63,622 bases of DNA, filler included, from Octopus bimaculoides (GCF_001194135.2; 6 parts of 6 records of this genome joined end to end with filler, not necessarily neighbours in it); one strand, 5' to 3'; counted from the first letter of the whole stretch, positions 1 to 13,872 are shown. A program made the numbers and translations. The notes: generated by a model not told the origin, from the letters alone.

Positions 1-99
1 ATATATATATATATATATATATATACTGCGCATATATCCCTGTCGAGCTGGTTTGAATTAAATATATATAAACTCAAAGTCACACACATGTACACAAGC

Positions 100-990
100 A
101 TGCGTTTTATACCCAACGATGGAACACTGCGCTATAGACTATTAAAAGTCAAACAAATAACCGCTAAATTCATAGGGCCACAATTATCTTGTCTTAACCG
201 ACTAGGTTTAACATCGTCTTTCAGAAACTGGAACAAGAGAACAGACAAAATTCCTCAAATGTTAGCTAGACACAGTTTAATAGAAAAAATATTATTCCTG
301 AGAGGATCTCTTACAACCGTGATGGTAAGAACATTCATAATACGATACACCGCTACTGGGTTTAGTATAAAGTTTCAACTGGAGTTTCCAAGTTCTAGTA
401 GCATTTTCGTAACGAATGCTTGCTCATATGTATGTTTGAATGTATGTATGTATGTATGTATGTATGTATGTATGTATGTATGTATGTATGTATGTGTATG
501 TATATATATATATATCTACGTACGTATGTTTTCGTGTCTAGTTCTGAGTAGACATATCTAGACATTTCCTTGACTTCATCATTGACCTTGTATTCTGCCA
601 GAGGACCTATGTTGTATACGAGACCATCTGTTGCAAATGTGGCGCACCTACAGAGGAAGCAAAACAAGAAAACTTCATATATGAATTCAGGAACACATGC
701 AGGCAGACACTTCCGTGAAGAAACATCTACGGAAATTCCAGACCCGGGGTTTTCACTGTGCACATCAAGGCAACACAGCGGAACAGGGGCAACTTTAGAA
801 TCTCTGAATCCATCCTCATACACCAAAAGAAACCTAAGATCAACAACAGAAGAGAGCTACAGGAAGCTGTCTGATTGCTATAGTAACACATTTTTGCGCA
901 TGTCCACTCCACACACGCACATTGGCAACATTCGTTAATTTCTTGAAAATGGAGTCATAACCCCGAAATATTAAATACAAGGTAAGTCTA
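100..990 (+). mobile_element. Degenerate Penelope-like element (RT thumb remnant + GIY-YIG endonuclease), split by a (TATG)n microsatellite
   Basis: Frameshifted translation from 608: YVVYETICCKCGA / TYRGSKTRKLHI*IQEHMQADTSVKKHL / ISESILIHQKKPKINNRREL. This matches the GIY-YIG layout of PLEs (Y-x-Y..CxxC..YxGxT..R..EH..E..I...P..N). Upstream IHRATIILS*PTRF resembles the PLE RT thumb (weaker). Microsatellite at about 426-520. Confidence 0.7.
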
Positions 991-1103
991 CACTAATTCA
1001 TATATTTGTTTTCTAGTGATTGGCTTTGCATTTACTTCGCATTGACCTTACCCACGTTACTTTATACAATATATTCTACACAATGCTTCATAGCAATTAT
1101 CCC

Positions 1104-1171
<68 letters not shown>

Positions 1172-2329
1172 ACTTTATTAATATTTAGCATAAGCAACAG
1201 CTTGCTTCAAGGTTCGAGAGATTCCTGTGCACACATACACGCGCGCGCACAATTGATACCTTATAATTAGTAGTCAACACTTTCCATTTTATTCCTACAC
1301 ACTGCACAGTACTATAACCGATACATTTCCAGCACTTTTCTAAAACAACACTTTCCCTGCATTTCCCATCGAGGGCTTAGAAGCCAATGTTAACCAGACC
1401 GGATTAAGCAAATACAATACCTAAATTTTTATATCCCTTGTTATTATAACATCCTCCGAAATTTGAAGATTTTTGATATTTTTTGTGTTGTGAAAATCTT
1501 GGCTTAAGTTAATATCGTATTTAATTTATTTTAATGGACGTATTACACGAAAAGAAAGAGTGGGAAATATCTCTGAATTTTAAATGTTTATATGAAATAT
1601 AATGATGTTATAAGAAAAACGAACTATAACATACATACATATATACAGACATTCATCCGTAAATACATATGTGTGATGTGCACATATGACAGTGAATCAC
1701 TGTGTGTGTGTGGCTGACTATAAAGCGATGTACACGGTTGAAAGGCTTGCAAACTATAATCCTGTGTTTACTCCTAATTGTTGACATTACGTTATCTGCG
1801 CACTGTATTACTGAAACTGGAATATATTAAACGATTACAGGATTAAATAGCGTCATATCAATTGTTACGTAGTTTTACAAATGAAATTTGTCATAGAATC
1901 TTGAGACATTTTATTTGCTACATGATAATATCATTTTTATTAAGGAATGTTCCAAGTCTTATTTAATGAAGTGAGAAAGAACAATAGAAAGCAGGAACAC
2001 AATTGAAATCATCTATGAAAAACAAGATTTAATTAGTACATTAGAAGCAGTAAAACAACTTAATCTTTTTTGCAACACTATAATTCCTGTCCACATTACT
2101 GAAGATTATGAGAATGAATACTAGGATTTTAAAACAAAAAATATGCTTTTCTGTTAAATGAAGGAAGAGAAAGTATCTACCATCAAGTTACGCGACAATC
2201 TAGATATAGCAACCAGTTTTTCGCAAATCAGACCTTAGGTTTAATAACATAATAATGGAGGAGACCCATTCGATAATGTATAACTTGAATTACAATGTGT
2301 TACAACGAAATAACTTATATATTCACAGT

Positions 2330-3096
2330 TGGATTGTCTTTATGGCTGCTGATGACTAAATGTGATTTAAAACCGGAAAGGGAGTATCTAATGTGTGCTG
2401 CTCGAATAGAGCAAACACTAAGATCAAACTACATAAAATACAGAATTGACAACACATCAGAAAGTGATAAGTTCAGAATCTGTGGACAAAATGATGAAAC
2501 AATATAGCATATTACCAGCCAATGTACGCCACTAGCCCAAAGGAATATAAGAGACGCCACGACAATATGGACATTTTTAAGTATGGACTTTATGGATTTG
2601 ACATAGCAAAACATTGGTACGACCATAAACCTGCACTCATCATCGAAAATGATAATGCAAAGATCTTGTGGGATTTTATGATTCAGTGCGACCATGAGAT
2701 AGAGAATGAGAAGCCAAAAATAGTCTTAATTGAAAGCAAACTATGTTGGATGAAAGATATAGCATGCCCAACTGACAAGGTATGCGATAAGGAAGAAAGA
2801 AAGTCGATAGAAATGACAGGTTAGCTTGGGGGGTTAAGCAGTTGTGGCCCATGAAAATGATGGTAGTAGTACCAATAATTGTCGGAGCTCTGAGAACAGT
2901 GAGTAAAAATCTTGAGAAGCACATGGAACAAATAGCGGCTGCAATAAGGGTGGAGTAGTTGCAGAAAAGAGCACTGCTTGAAACCGCTCGAATACTCCGG
3001 AAGGTACTCGAAAAATGAGGGGTACTACCTTAGTTCACTGGTAGTGAACGGGCTGACACTGTAGTATATCTCCAGCGTTAGAAGCTGTGCAAAGGC

Positions 3097-3182
<86 letters not shown>

Positions 3183-3198
3183 TAATAATAATAATAAT
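2330..3198 (+). mobile_element. 5'-truncated RLE-type non-LTR retrotransposon (R4/Dong/NeSL-like) ending in (AAT)n
   Basis: LSLWL..CDLKPEREYLMCAARIEQTLRSNYIKYRID..DKFRICGQNDETI*HITSQC (CCHC knuckle remnant), RRHDN, KILWDFMIQCDHEI..KPKIVLI..DIACP, VVPIIVGALRTV..LQKRALLETARILRKVLEK*. An (AAT)n tail follows at 3097-3198. Confidence 0.85.
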
Positions 3199-5294
3199 GA
3201 AAAAAAAAACAACAACAACAACAGCAATAACAACAACTACTACAGCAATAATGTTAATGCCATAAGAATGTTAAAACTTTGAGCCCTACGGGCAACCTTC
3301 GTTGTTTCTGGCCAAATGGATAATTTTTAAAGCCTAATTTTGACAAAATAATATTATCATTGATTTCATCAAGATTCCTCCAGTTTTGTATCAAATTTTA
3401 CGACAAAATGTTCCCAATATTCCTGATTCATATGCAGAAATGTCTCTTGTGGCTGCACATTGTTTTGATATTGCTTCAGTTTTTCCTAATAGTGAGGATT
3501 GTTTTGTTGTTTCTGCTATTTATTCCGTTACTGTACAAATAATGAGCAATACTGCGTTACTTGTGTGAGGAATAATCGCTGTTATATATTGTAAAGCCGA
3601 AAAATGAGTATGTAGTGTGTGTGTTTTGTTTTGTTTATTACATTAATGAAGTGTGTGGGTATACGTTGTGTGAGGTGTCGGTGTAATACAGTTGTGTATA
3701 TAAGTTTTAAGCGTTATAATTTTGAGTTAAGCGTACGATATTATATGAAACAGTGAGTTGCAATGAGAGTGTGCTGTGTTATTTATTATATATTTGTTGC
3801 CACAGGCAAACATTTATTCTCCTATTGACCTTAATGTTCGTGCTACGTAGCATAAGGTCAGCGGTGACGAAGACGCCTATGATCAAATGTATTCCAGCAT
3901 TAGCAGTTTCGCGTTTTTCTTTTTATATCAGAGACAATCCTGTTCGATATACCCTCCTTTATGTGATAGCAAGGTATGTAATTTGTGAGAGCTTTCACAA
4001 TATGTAACGGGTTATATTCCTTATTGAAACCAATTTATTTCATTGTTTCTTGTTATACGCTTGAGAATGTTGAACTTTATGAATATTTATTTCCCTTCTA
4101 TGAGCATTCGTATCATGTATTTAAGTAATATATCAGCATGCCAGATGTTGTTTTAAAGACATTCACACAACTAGCTACATGTCAATGCCCGACATAAGAC
4201 AATGGCAATGTCCAATATGGTGGATTCAAACAGGGCTTTATTATACATCATTCGTAGCCATAACAGAATTGCTCATTAGTTTCTGACTAATGTCTTCTTC
4301 AGTATGAAATTATGTACATTGTATTTGTGTGCTCAATAATGATATCCTCATTCCTTCTTCTGCTCATTTTTTTTTTTATCATTTCGCTTTCTTCAAGTTT
4401 ATATCGAATGATGTTGATCAGGTTGTATTGCTTCATAATACTTGGGACATGAAACAGAAAACATTAGGAATGGCAACAACTTCACGAATAAAAAAAAACT
4501 ATATGAATTTGCTTTTTTTTTTGTTTTCGTAGTGTCTCTAAAACAATAAGAATTATTCAAAATACCATCAGTTAATGAAACTACAAGCAAATATGTTCCA
4601 TTAGCTAAGACACTGCTAAGAAAATCTAATACGTAATACACTAATAATTTGTATTAAATAATTACCTTTTAGAATCGCCAGAATAAATAGCCTTTTCTTT
4701 TTCATAAAACCAGCAGCTCATGAGTTTGCGAGTGAATACGTCCATTGGTTCAGATGGAAGCTGAAATGATTCTAATGTGATTAACATCATCTGAATTGTC
4801 TAGTTAAATTTGGCATATAGGTATCATTCGCTCTTTCTTACATGATACCACATCAAGAAAGGGTAACTAGAAATAGTATGTATAACTAAAGAGATTGACA
4901 CAACCTTAAATTTCAGGATAATAGCATTATGTCTAATCCAACCTTTAGTTCTATGCCTTGTCAAATTCATTTACAATCATGCAACGTCTTCTGTCGTGTT
5001 TTATGCGAGATGTTCAAGTTTATTTGATATAAGACCGAAAGTTTCCATAACACATGATAGTATGATCATGGTCACCATGCTGTTATGAGAAATGTATCGA
5101 CAAGAATCAGATGCAACAAATCAGTCAACTGAAAGTAATTTACTGAGCAGCTAAGAAGCTAACTATAGTATAAAGTGCAGGAGTACGTTGAATTGTGCAA
5201 GTAAGTTAAGAAACAAATAAACCTAATGTGAAAGGTGGAGCAGAGCGTGTTTAGAATATTGGACAGCTTAAAATATAATTACCTATGTGGCCGG

Positions 5295-5513
5295 AGAGGC
5301 ACCTAACACACGGGAAATATATGGGATAGAAATAGCAGTCAAACTGACCTCAAATCAAACCTTTGGGGTTTGAACATATATTTGCCTGCTCAGAGCAGAC
5401 TTGTAGCAAAGTCATCGACACTAATACCTTAAAATCTATAGCATGCCAACAATGCAATATAAAATATAAGATATCAAATACCGGAGACATCTAATAATAA
5501 TAATAATAATAAT
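5295..5513 (+). mobile_element. Possible highly decayed RLE-type LINE remnant followed by (TAA)n
   Basis: Translation gives HGKYMG..GFEHIFACSEQT..CQQC, resembling the HGxY / EGxIFAAQEQ / CxxC region of R4-like ORFs. (TAA)n follows at about 5492-5513. Confidence 0.35.
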
Positions 5514-6180
5514 GTATCTATTTCTGGTCTCTTTTGATCATATCTACCACGCTTTTTAGCTGGAGCAATTTGTATGTCTATACATAATTTGATGTCACAC
5601 TCTTGAAATTGTAAATTAACATTAGATGGAGAAAATATATATTAACTTGTTCTTGACTTCAGTTCTGGTTGATTTACGTTTTTCAAACTGTTATCAGTTC
5701 AAATGTGTTCCAAATTTGTGCTTCGAGGACGAAATGTTCCAGGATAAATATGTATATGTCTACATTACGATTTTGAAATAATAGTGTGGAATTGAAAACA
5801 GATTTGGTCGTGAGTTCAAGCAAGTCGGGTGATCTTCTCGCCAGGAGTTGACTAAATATAAATGGAAAGTTATTCAATATATTACTAGTATCATATTCAA
5901 AAAATTTCTCCGTGTCATTTAGATACAGACTGTGCTAAATACCAAATGCTATAATGGAATAAGCTTATTGACTACGCTGTAAAATGTAGCAAAGTCAACA
6001 ACACAAATACCTTAAAATCTATAGCATATCAACGATGCATTATAAAACGTAAGATATCAAATATAAAGCAACATACACGCGTGTATATATGCATATGTAT
6101 GCATGCATCAATGATTTTATGTATATAAATATATTTTTCAGGATTGAATAAAAAGACAACAAACGGACAATATGACATAG

Positions 6181-6234
<54 letters not shown>

Positions 6235-9200
6235 CGGCCTAAGGTGACTCACTCTGTTTCACGTTGCCTTCGATCGGACTGATCACGATTTTCTGAGCTC
6301 TTCGCTCTAACCTTTTATAGTCCTTTACGAAAGAACTATACGAAAGGATTCGTTACCTATCTTTGTATTGCAGTGCAGCCCTAAGGCATTTTTTATATAT
6401 ATTATTATCATATTAATCGTTGTCTTCGTGTAGCCCCAAGCCTTTATTTTGTTTATTGTTTTGTCCCTCGCCCGTCTTGTTTTCTTATGTGTCGGTCCCA
6501 TTCCCGCCAAGTTTCATACCGGTGCCTCCAGCGTGGAAGCAATATCTTCGATAATAGCCGAAATTGTGCATGACCATCTGGCAGATAACTGAAGAGGAGT
6601 TGGTGACCTTCTCCGTATTCTGTGTATTCCGTTCGTCTGTGTATTTAGTATATGGCCGATGTTATACACTAAATAGCAAATAGCCAGTTTAATAATTGAA
6701 CATCGTGGGGGCCTTTAGCTGAACAACGTGCAAGGAGAGATAAATATGTTTTTTGAAACAGTTTATATAGTAAGTCTGGCTGACGAGCCTGTATTTTACA
6801 AATAGGAGGACTGTTTCGCAGAAATATGTTTACTATATTCTTCATGCGTGTTTACATTTAGTGAGAGACGAGTGGTTTGAATGATTTTTACTCCACTTTC
6901 AAGGGAATTGGTACTTATCGTACACTGATATTTTCTCATAAATTTTGCTTATTTGAATATTTGATGGTCACTTTATCATTAATATTATAGATAGATAATG
7001 ATAACTTATTTGAATTATATATANNNNNNNNNNNNNNNNNNNNNNNNNNNNNNNNNNNNNNNNNNNNNNNNNNNNNNNNNNNNNNNNNNNNNNNNNNNNN
7101 NNNNNNNNNNNNNNNNNNNNNNTATATATATATATATATATTAATAGTTATCGCCAAGCCAACATGGCAGTCCCAAAATTAGGACGAAAGCTGCCGTGAA
7201 TTAGCTCCAAGAAGCCATCGCCTCTAGCTAGGTATGTGACACACGAGACCTGTGTCCTTTATAACCTTCGGACACATATGTGTATGTGTGTATGTGTGTG
7301 TGGTTCAGTCTGTTATTGGTAATCAAGCCAAGCAGAATGTGCACATTAATAACAGAGCTTGGTAAAGAATGTAGATCATATTTTTGAGATGCTTAAAATG
7401 AGACCGATAGACGTTAGAGTTATTTAAGTAACACTTCACTGGGAAGTGTAGCAGTAGCATGTTTCTAAGTGATATTGATGTGTTTGGTGAGCAGAGTGCG
7501 CACATTATTCTTCGAGAAATTTTTAGCGTTTTCGGTTAATAGTGCAAGTACACCTTAGCGTTTTTGAGTACAGTGCATAATAAGAAGAATTTTCCATGTA
7601 TTTTGCCTTGATCCAGCAGGTGGAATTAGATACATGGCACCAGCTATTGGGGAAACCTCCTTGACGGTGGGAAATTACCAAATTTCCGTAAAGTTTATAA
7701 TCTTTTTGGCAATCATCTAGACAAGTCGGAGAAGAAAATTAATTTATATTTTGTGTGATTATAAAGTTCAGGTGAAAGGCATTTGCAGGAATCGCGATTA
7801 TGGATATATGTCATCAAGTTTGTAGGAATCGGTAATATTTTCAGGTGTTTTAGGATGTTTAATTTACCTATAACGCAACGGTACAGGTGTATTTTGTTCT
7901 TTATTTTAATGTTTGAGTGATATCTAAAGAACGTGAACAAAGTTTGCATTCAGGCATTCACTTAAATGTTTCATATGGATCATTCTCAAGGTTTACAGTG
8001 GGTAAAATATAGTTAGTTCCTGCACGTAAACCAATTTAATGTACCAAACAGGAGAGAGGTCTGTAGAATCTGAGTCTGTGGAATGTAGAAGTGATGAGTG
8101 AAATTATATGCATCCATAAGACGCGTGTGTGCATGTGTGTTTGTGTGTATATTTGTATGTCAAATGAGCAAACAAAATACGATTCAAGCGACGATTACCG
8201 TGAATGATGGTCTGTTGTCACCTCAGGTTAGTTGTCTGTTTCCCCTGCGATTCATATGCCAACATTATATAATAAGTCATGATTGCTTTCTTCATGTCTT
8301 TAAATTTTCGACATCACATCCGCCCATATCTTATGATAGACAGAGGCTTACAAAATATTCATACTCAACATGATCCAGAGTGTCGGAGAAGATCATGCAA
8401 CTTGAGCCAGCTTATTATCTTGTGAAATGTATAAGTTCTTTTTATACTGAATGTGGAAAACTGCATGTAGCTTTAATTTATTTAACGTAAACACTACCAA
8501 TTCTCACTAAAATAGTTGGCAATTGGACCGCAATATGCTTTCCATTATGTTCTCCAAATGATATTTAATAGTCCAGGCACATCTGTTCGATTACTTAAAG
8601 TGAATCGATTCATTATATGCCAGTAAGATAAAATAAGTATCTGTTCATGAATTGATGCTAACTAAATCACTATTAAACAATAAATAAAAAGTTATTTGAA
8701 AACAATATTTGAGATAATTCAGATTCTTCATGTGTAATAAACACTATATCACTGTTCTCTGGATTGAGCTTCGACGACACATCCACCCATTGTTTCTAAT
8801 ATCATACAGTCCTGTGTGAGTCCAAATTTACATCAACTTTGATTACCTAGTAGATTATTTGTAACAAACAATGATTTGTATGATATATTACCGGCATATC
8901 AGATCGTAGTTCGAAGAACTGTTCAAAAGCTTTTACACCCTCACCACGGTATGGACTTCAGTAATGATATTGTCGACGCCAACATAACTAACCTATGAAG
9001 TACGTAATTAAACGAGGTACTAAACTGAATTATCATGATGATTAATAATAACGTTATATTATCCTTTCACGTCGTGGTTGTTGTCATCGCTATCAATATA
9101 ATTGTTGCTGCCATCGATATCACAATTTCTTATATTAGTATAAATTAGACAGATTGTTTCAAGCCGGTGCATAAAATTACCCAAGAATTTAATCTCACAG

Positions 9201-10556
9201 AAACCACCGCACAATTTAATTAATACAGTTTCATAATACTCTGTTTATAATTTGTAATGTGATTGCAAAATCAATGTGTATATAATCAATATTGTATTAC
9301 TAATGTCCACGAAGGTAAAATCTAGCTGGTTTCTATTCATTAACTATTTGGTTGTTAATGCAGTTATGGAGCATTTGAAAGTATAAATTACGCATGTGTT
9401 ATTAATGCAGTGTTAAGAAGTTTATAAAACTTAGTACTATGGCCCGCCTTTTGTTAATTTTTGACAATACAGAAATATGGTTCCGTATATTTATTCGTTT
9501 AAAAAAAAAAACTTATTCTATATTGGTGCTTAACAGTCGATATTGTGCTATTATACAACAGTGTTGTAGTAGTTTCATTAAGTATTTAATTTAGTAAGTC
9601 AAAACTTGTCAAGATATCGCAGCATCGTAAGATGCAACGATGAACAAACCTTGATGAACTTTAAAGAGAGTGACACCGGCAGTTCAGTTCTGATTTCAAT
9701 AAACGGATATGATTCTAGGTAGATGTGATAGCTAGTAATTAGAGAATATCCGTATCTCTTTTATTTTGAAAGATCCAATGAGGTCCGATCATACTTCAGC
9801 TGCATTGTTTGGTACGTCTGAGGTGTAAACTAATGCAAGCAATAACATGTGTTAAAATGTAAGAGATTTATTGCCAAAAAGAAATATAATAGACGTTGTG
9901 ATACAGGTTGGATAAAATTTACACGGTATTCGCCATAAGAAATTTTGCAAATAAGATTGAAGCAAACTTTCTAGGAAATCTGGACTTTTCAATCGTTTGA
10001 GGTTCTTCAGAAGACAGAATTCTGGGTAAATGTGTTTCTTTCATATGTTCTGATTATGATACAGTTCATGTGGAGACAACGTACCTTATCTGAAACTCTT
10101 ATGTTGCATCTGGACAGCGCCTATATGTACACGCTTAAAGATAATGGTAAAGAAGTTTTACCAATATAGCCTTGGTCCTTTGGGATAATGTGTTTAAATT
10201 AGAATACGGAAGAACAAATCGGAGAGATATTACTGAAACAATCTTCATATCAGATTTTATAATTATAAATCAGAAAATTCCCAACTAACCATGAAATGGA
10301 TTTAGTGTATCAGAGGACAACTCATTTAGGACTGTCATCATTGGTCTTTTGAACAGTGCATGTAATCCGTTTTGTGTCGAACCAACGAAGGAGTTTCCAT
10401 GCCATAGTTCGGTCGCTAAGACTAACAGCCAGCAAATATCCTTCAATTCTTATTTTGCCGTCATATATATATACCAGGTATTACAATCCAGTATAGTCAA
10501 ACATTTGCAGTAATAATATGTCAAAATAATTACCAAACCGGAGTATAATTACCATA

Positions 10557-11841
10557 CGAGGGGTGTCTGAAAAGTCTTGAGTCAAACTTAGAAACGGGGT
10601 TGCTATATAGTTGAAACAATTTTTTCTGATAAGTACAGGCTTTTCCTGAGTGTTCTTGCTCATTTTCATGATTCTGATATTTTAATTTTTTTGTTGCAGA
10701 TTTTTCAAAAAACAAGTGTCAAGGTTACAAGGAAAATAGAGAAAACTGAGTATCGTGCTGTCATAAAGTACCTTCATTTCAAAGGCATGACTCCATCGGA
10801 AATCCATGAAGATATCGTAAGAACCTTAACAGACAATGCACCTTCATATACAACACTCAAACGTTGCGTAAATGAATTCAAGCGTGGCAGAGAGAGAGAG
10901 AGTGTGGAAGATGATCCAAGACCAGGGAGACCTCCAACTGCAACCGGCAAGGACAACCTTGGCCTTGCTCTTGGTATGATAATGGAAGATCACCGAATAT
11001 CATGTCGTCATATAGCTGACAGACTGGGCATCTAAACTGAAAGAGTAGACAACATTGTGACAAAAGAACTTGGGTTCTCAAAGGTTTCTGCAAAGTGGGT
11101 CCCTCGCCTTTTGACTCCTGAACCGAAACGCACCAGGTGCACTTTGCCCATGAGCAATCTGGAACTATTTGAAGCTGACGAAGAGAATTTTCTTGCTTGT
11201 TTCATTACTATGGACAAAAGTTGAGTCCATCACTACCAGCCTGAAACCAAAGAACAATCATAGGAGTGGAAGCACACATCGTCTTTTACCCCAAAGAAGG
11301 CCAGGGTCATTCCTTCAGCTGGCAAGGTCATGGCGTCCGTTTTGGGGGATTTTCAAGGTGTCTTGCCGATTGATTACCTTGAAAAGGGTCACGCCGTGAC
11401 AGGACTGTATTATTCTCAGCTACTGAAACGCCTCCGAAAAGCAATCAAAGAAAAAAAGCACGGAATGCTCACCAGAGGAGTCCTTTTTCATCATGACAAT
11501 GATCCCGTCCACACCTCAGTGGTTGTCATGGCAACAAATCGTGATTATGGATACGAACTTGTTCCCCATCCGCCTTATTCCCCAGACTTCGCTCCCTCTG
11601 ACTTTCATCTATTTCCAAAATTGAAGAAAGCCCTGACTGGTTGCCATTTTGCCAATGACAATGACGTCATAGACGCTGTAGGAAGTTTTTTTGGAGTCTC
11701 AAACAAAAGAGGTCTTCTACGCCGGGATAATGGCGCTTCAGCACCACTGGAGAAAGTGTTCAGCCATCGAGGGGTCAATGTTGAAAAATAAAATAAAACA
11801 TCAAGTTTGTTTGAGGCTCAAGACTTTTCATACAGCCCTCG
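10557..11841 (+). mobile_element. Full-length (1285 bp) defective mariner DNA transposon, Bytmar1/irritans-like
   Basis: TIRs CGAGGGGTGTCTGAAAAGTCTTGAG and CTCAAGACTTTTCATACAGCCCTCG. TA target duplications at 10555-56 and 11842-43. Confidence 0.95.
10736..11791 (+). pseudogene. Mariner transposase pseudogene (DD34D)
   Basis: EKTEYRAVIKYL..GRP..WVPRLLT..ITMDKS*VHHYQPETKEQS*EWKH..HHDNDPVH..HPPYSPDFAPSDFHLFPKLK. The start is ATA, with in-frame stops at 11033-35, about 11222 and about 11260, and frameshifts near 11690 and 11770. Confidence 0.92.
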
Positions 11842-12495
11842 TAGCTTCAATTCTGATCAAATGGAGCAACAATGATAAATACATATACTTTAGCAATATA
11901 TATGTATTATATATGTCTGCTGACTCAAAAAGATAGCAACATAAAAATGTCTACATAGCCTCAAACGCCTCAAGTTGTGAAAATATTTCTAAAATGGTGG
12001 AACCAAATATTGTCAAGCAACACAATTAAAGAAAACATTCTCCCCCCCCACACACAGTAAGATACGCTGCAGAAGCATTTATTAAAACATGAAATAGTTA
12101 TGTTATCATTCTTCAAGCACAACAGAGCCACAACAGTAAATAACCATAATGCAAGATATCAAAACACTTGAGTAGAAGAGTAGCGCTTTTAAAATTTATC
12201 TTTGTGAAATTAAAACTGTTATCCTCTCATACGAAAATTTAGGTGGCGGCAGTTCAGAAACATCTTATACACTCAGAATGTTGTTACATCTAATATATCC
12301 TGTAAGTGTCTGATAGGAAGTGACATAATATATCACCATAGAAAAGATTTCATACACAAAACCCCAGATCTAAAATATACATGACACACGATACTTGATA
12401 AATAAGACACGATAACGTTCTAGTAATTTCGGTGTTTAAATGAAAATATATACAGTGAAACGAAACACGCATACATGTAAGATGCATATAAATGC

Positions 12496-12544
<49 letters not shown>

Positions 12545-12753
12545 TGGGTGTAATTATGTTTGTGTGTGTGTGTGTATATGCATATATATGTGTGTAACAC
12601 TTTTATTTGGATCGCGTCATTCTTTCTCCTGTTAGTGCACAGAGTCTACATTGTGCAACACAAGAAACTCAAATTTGCAAGGGACTGTCTCTACCGAAGT
12701 GAAAATACTATAATTTGCAGTGGCATCGTCTAATCTTTACGTGCGCGCCCACT

Positions 12754-12786
<33 letters not shown>

Positions 12787-13141
12787 ACACACNNNNNNNN
12801 NNCACACACACACACACATACACACACACACACACACACTCACACATACACACGCACACACAGACGCGAACAACACCAGAATATACAGACTGTAAAGAAA
12901 TACAATTGTCATTGAAGAAAGTGCATGTGTAATACGACTCTACACAGACACAATTCATTTCTACATGTAGGGATTCACCTTAAAGTTTCAGATAGACGGG
13001 TGATTGGTGCAACTGCTTTGTGAGTCGCAGGTAATTGCTCAGCCGTCGTAGTTGGGTAATACGGGTACCATTAATGAAAGCAAATACACTACAACACCAA
13101 AAATTGGCAATACCATCAGTATCTCTATTTTATCTGACAGT

Positions 13142-13186
13142 GCTTGTATAGGGCTTGTATAGGGCTTGTATTGGGCTTGTATAGGG
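13142..13186 (+). repeat. 11-bp tandem repeat (GCTTGTATAGG) x4
   Basis: Units start at 13142, 13153, 13164 and 13175, with one substitution in unit 3. Confidence 0.9.
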
Positions 13187-13686
13187 CAAAGTTTCTATGT
13201 GAATACACAAAGAGAGATTGAGAGTTATTCGAAACGTTCTCAAATGCACTAACAATAAACGAAAAAAGCATCTTCCGTAATAACTGATAAAATGTTATAT
13301 TATATAGCTTATAGGACAGTAATAGCTAACAATGGAAGTTACATAAATATAAACGCTGGTAGCACAGCACCTCTACGTATATCATAGAGTGAATTCCTGA
13401 AAACTTAACAATCTAAAGCTTTTTATGTTAGCGCACAAACAAAAGTTTACGAATATTTTATCAACACGCAAAATACTATTATATTTTCATGTTTCACATA
13501 ATTCTCTATAAAATCAATCGTGTACTATCTGACATACAGTGTTTGTTTAAATTTATATTAAACCCTGTCTTCGGTTGAATATTATTTGGCCAATAATATC
13601 GATCGCAATAAATCTAGCGCTATTAATAATGATTTACAAAACCACTAGCCCTTTTGTAGCATGTTATTATTATTATTATTATTATT

Positions 13687-13872
13687 CAGTAGTTTTATTT
13701 TTATAACGTGCTTTCACTTCACTACCGAGCGCAGCTCTGTGCGCCTTGGGTATGTGCTGTGGTTTGCTGTGGTGCTCTTATGTTTACTGTATTGAAAGTG
13801 TTTTGCGTAGGATGTGTGCAGTACCCAGTAGTGCAATTTTCTGTATGTTATATATATTTGTAAGTCCTGCTA

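Noticed and set aside
3826-3860. Small hairpin TGACCTTA..TGCTACGTAGCA..TAAGGTCA
   Set aside because: It is short, bulged and single-copy here, and cannot be assigned to a Helitron end or an RNA.
4270-4305. Minus-strand CTGAAGA-AGAC-ATTA-GTCA-GAAAC hammerhead-like motif
   Set aside because: Stem II closing pair is A-A, and no consistent stem III or stem I could be built.
7160-7200. GTCC-loop-GGAC-GAAA resembling hammerhead stem II
   Set aside because: The upstream sequence is CATGGCA, not CTGANGA. It is better explained as a retroelement 3' stem-loop, and the adjacent motif recurs at about 24628-24672.
7330-7950. Possible Helitron Rep/helicase relic on the minus strand
   Set aside because: Only vague similarity (VIGKL, MLLLHFP) with wrong spacing.
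9660-9815. Two apparent small + strand exons (MNFKESDTG.. and PMRSDHTSAALF)
   Set aside because: The intervening intron would be only about 54 nt and the peptides are unrecognisable.
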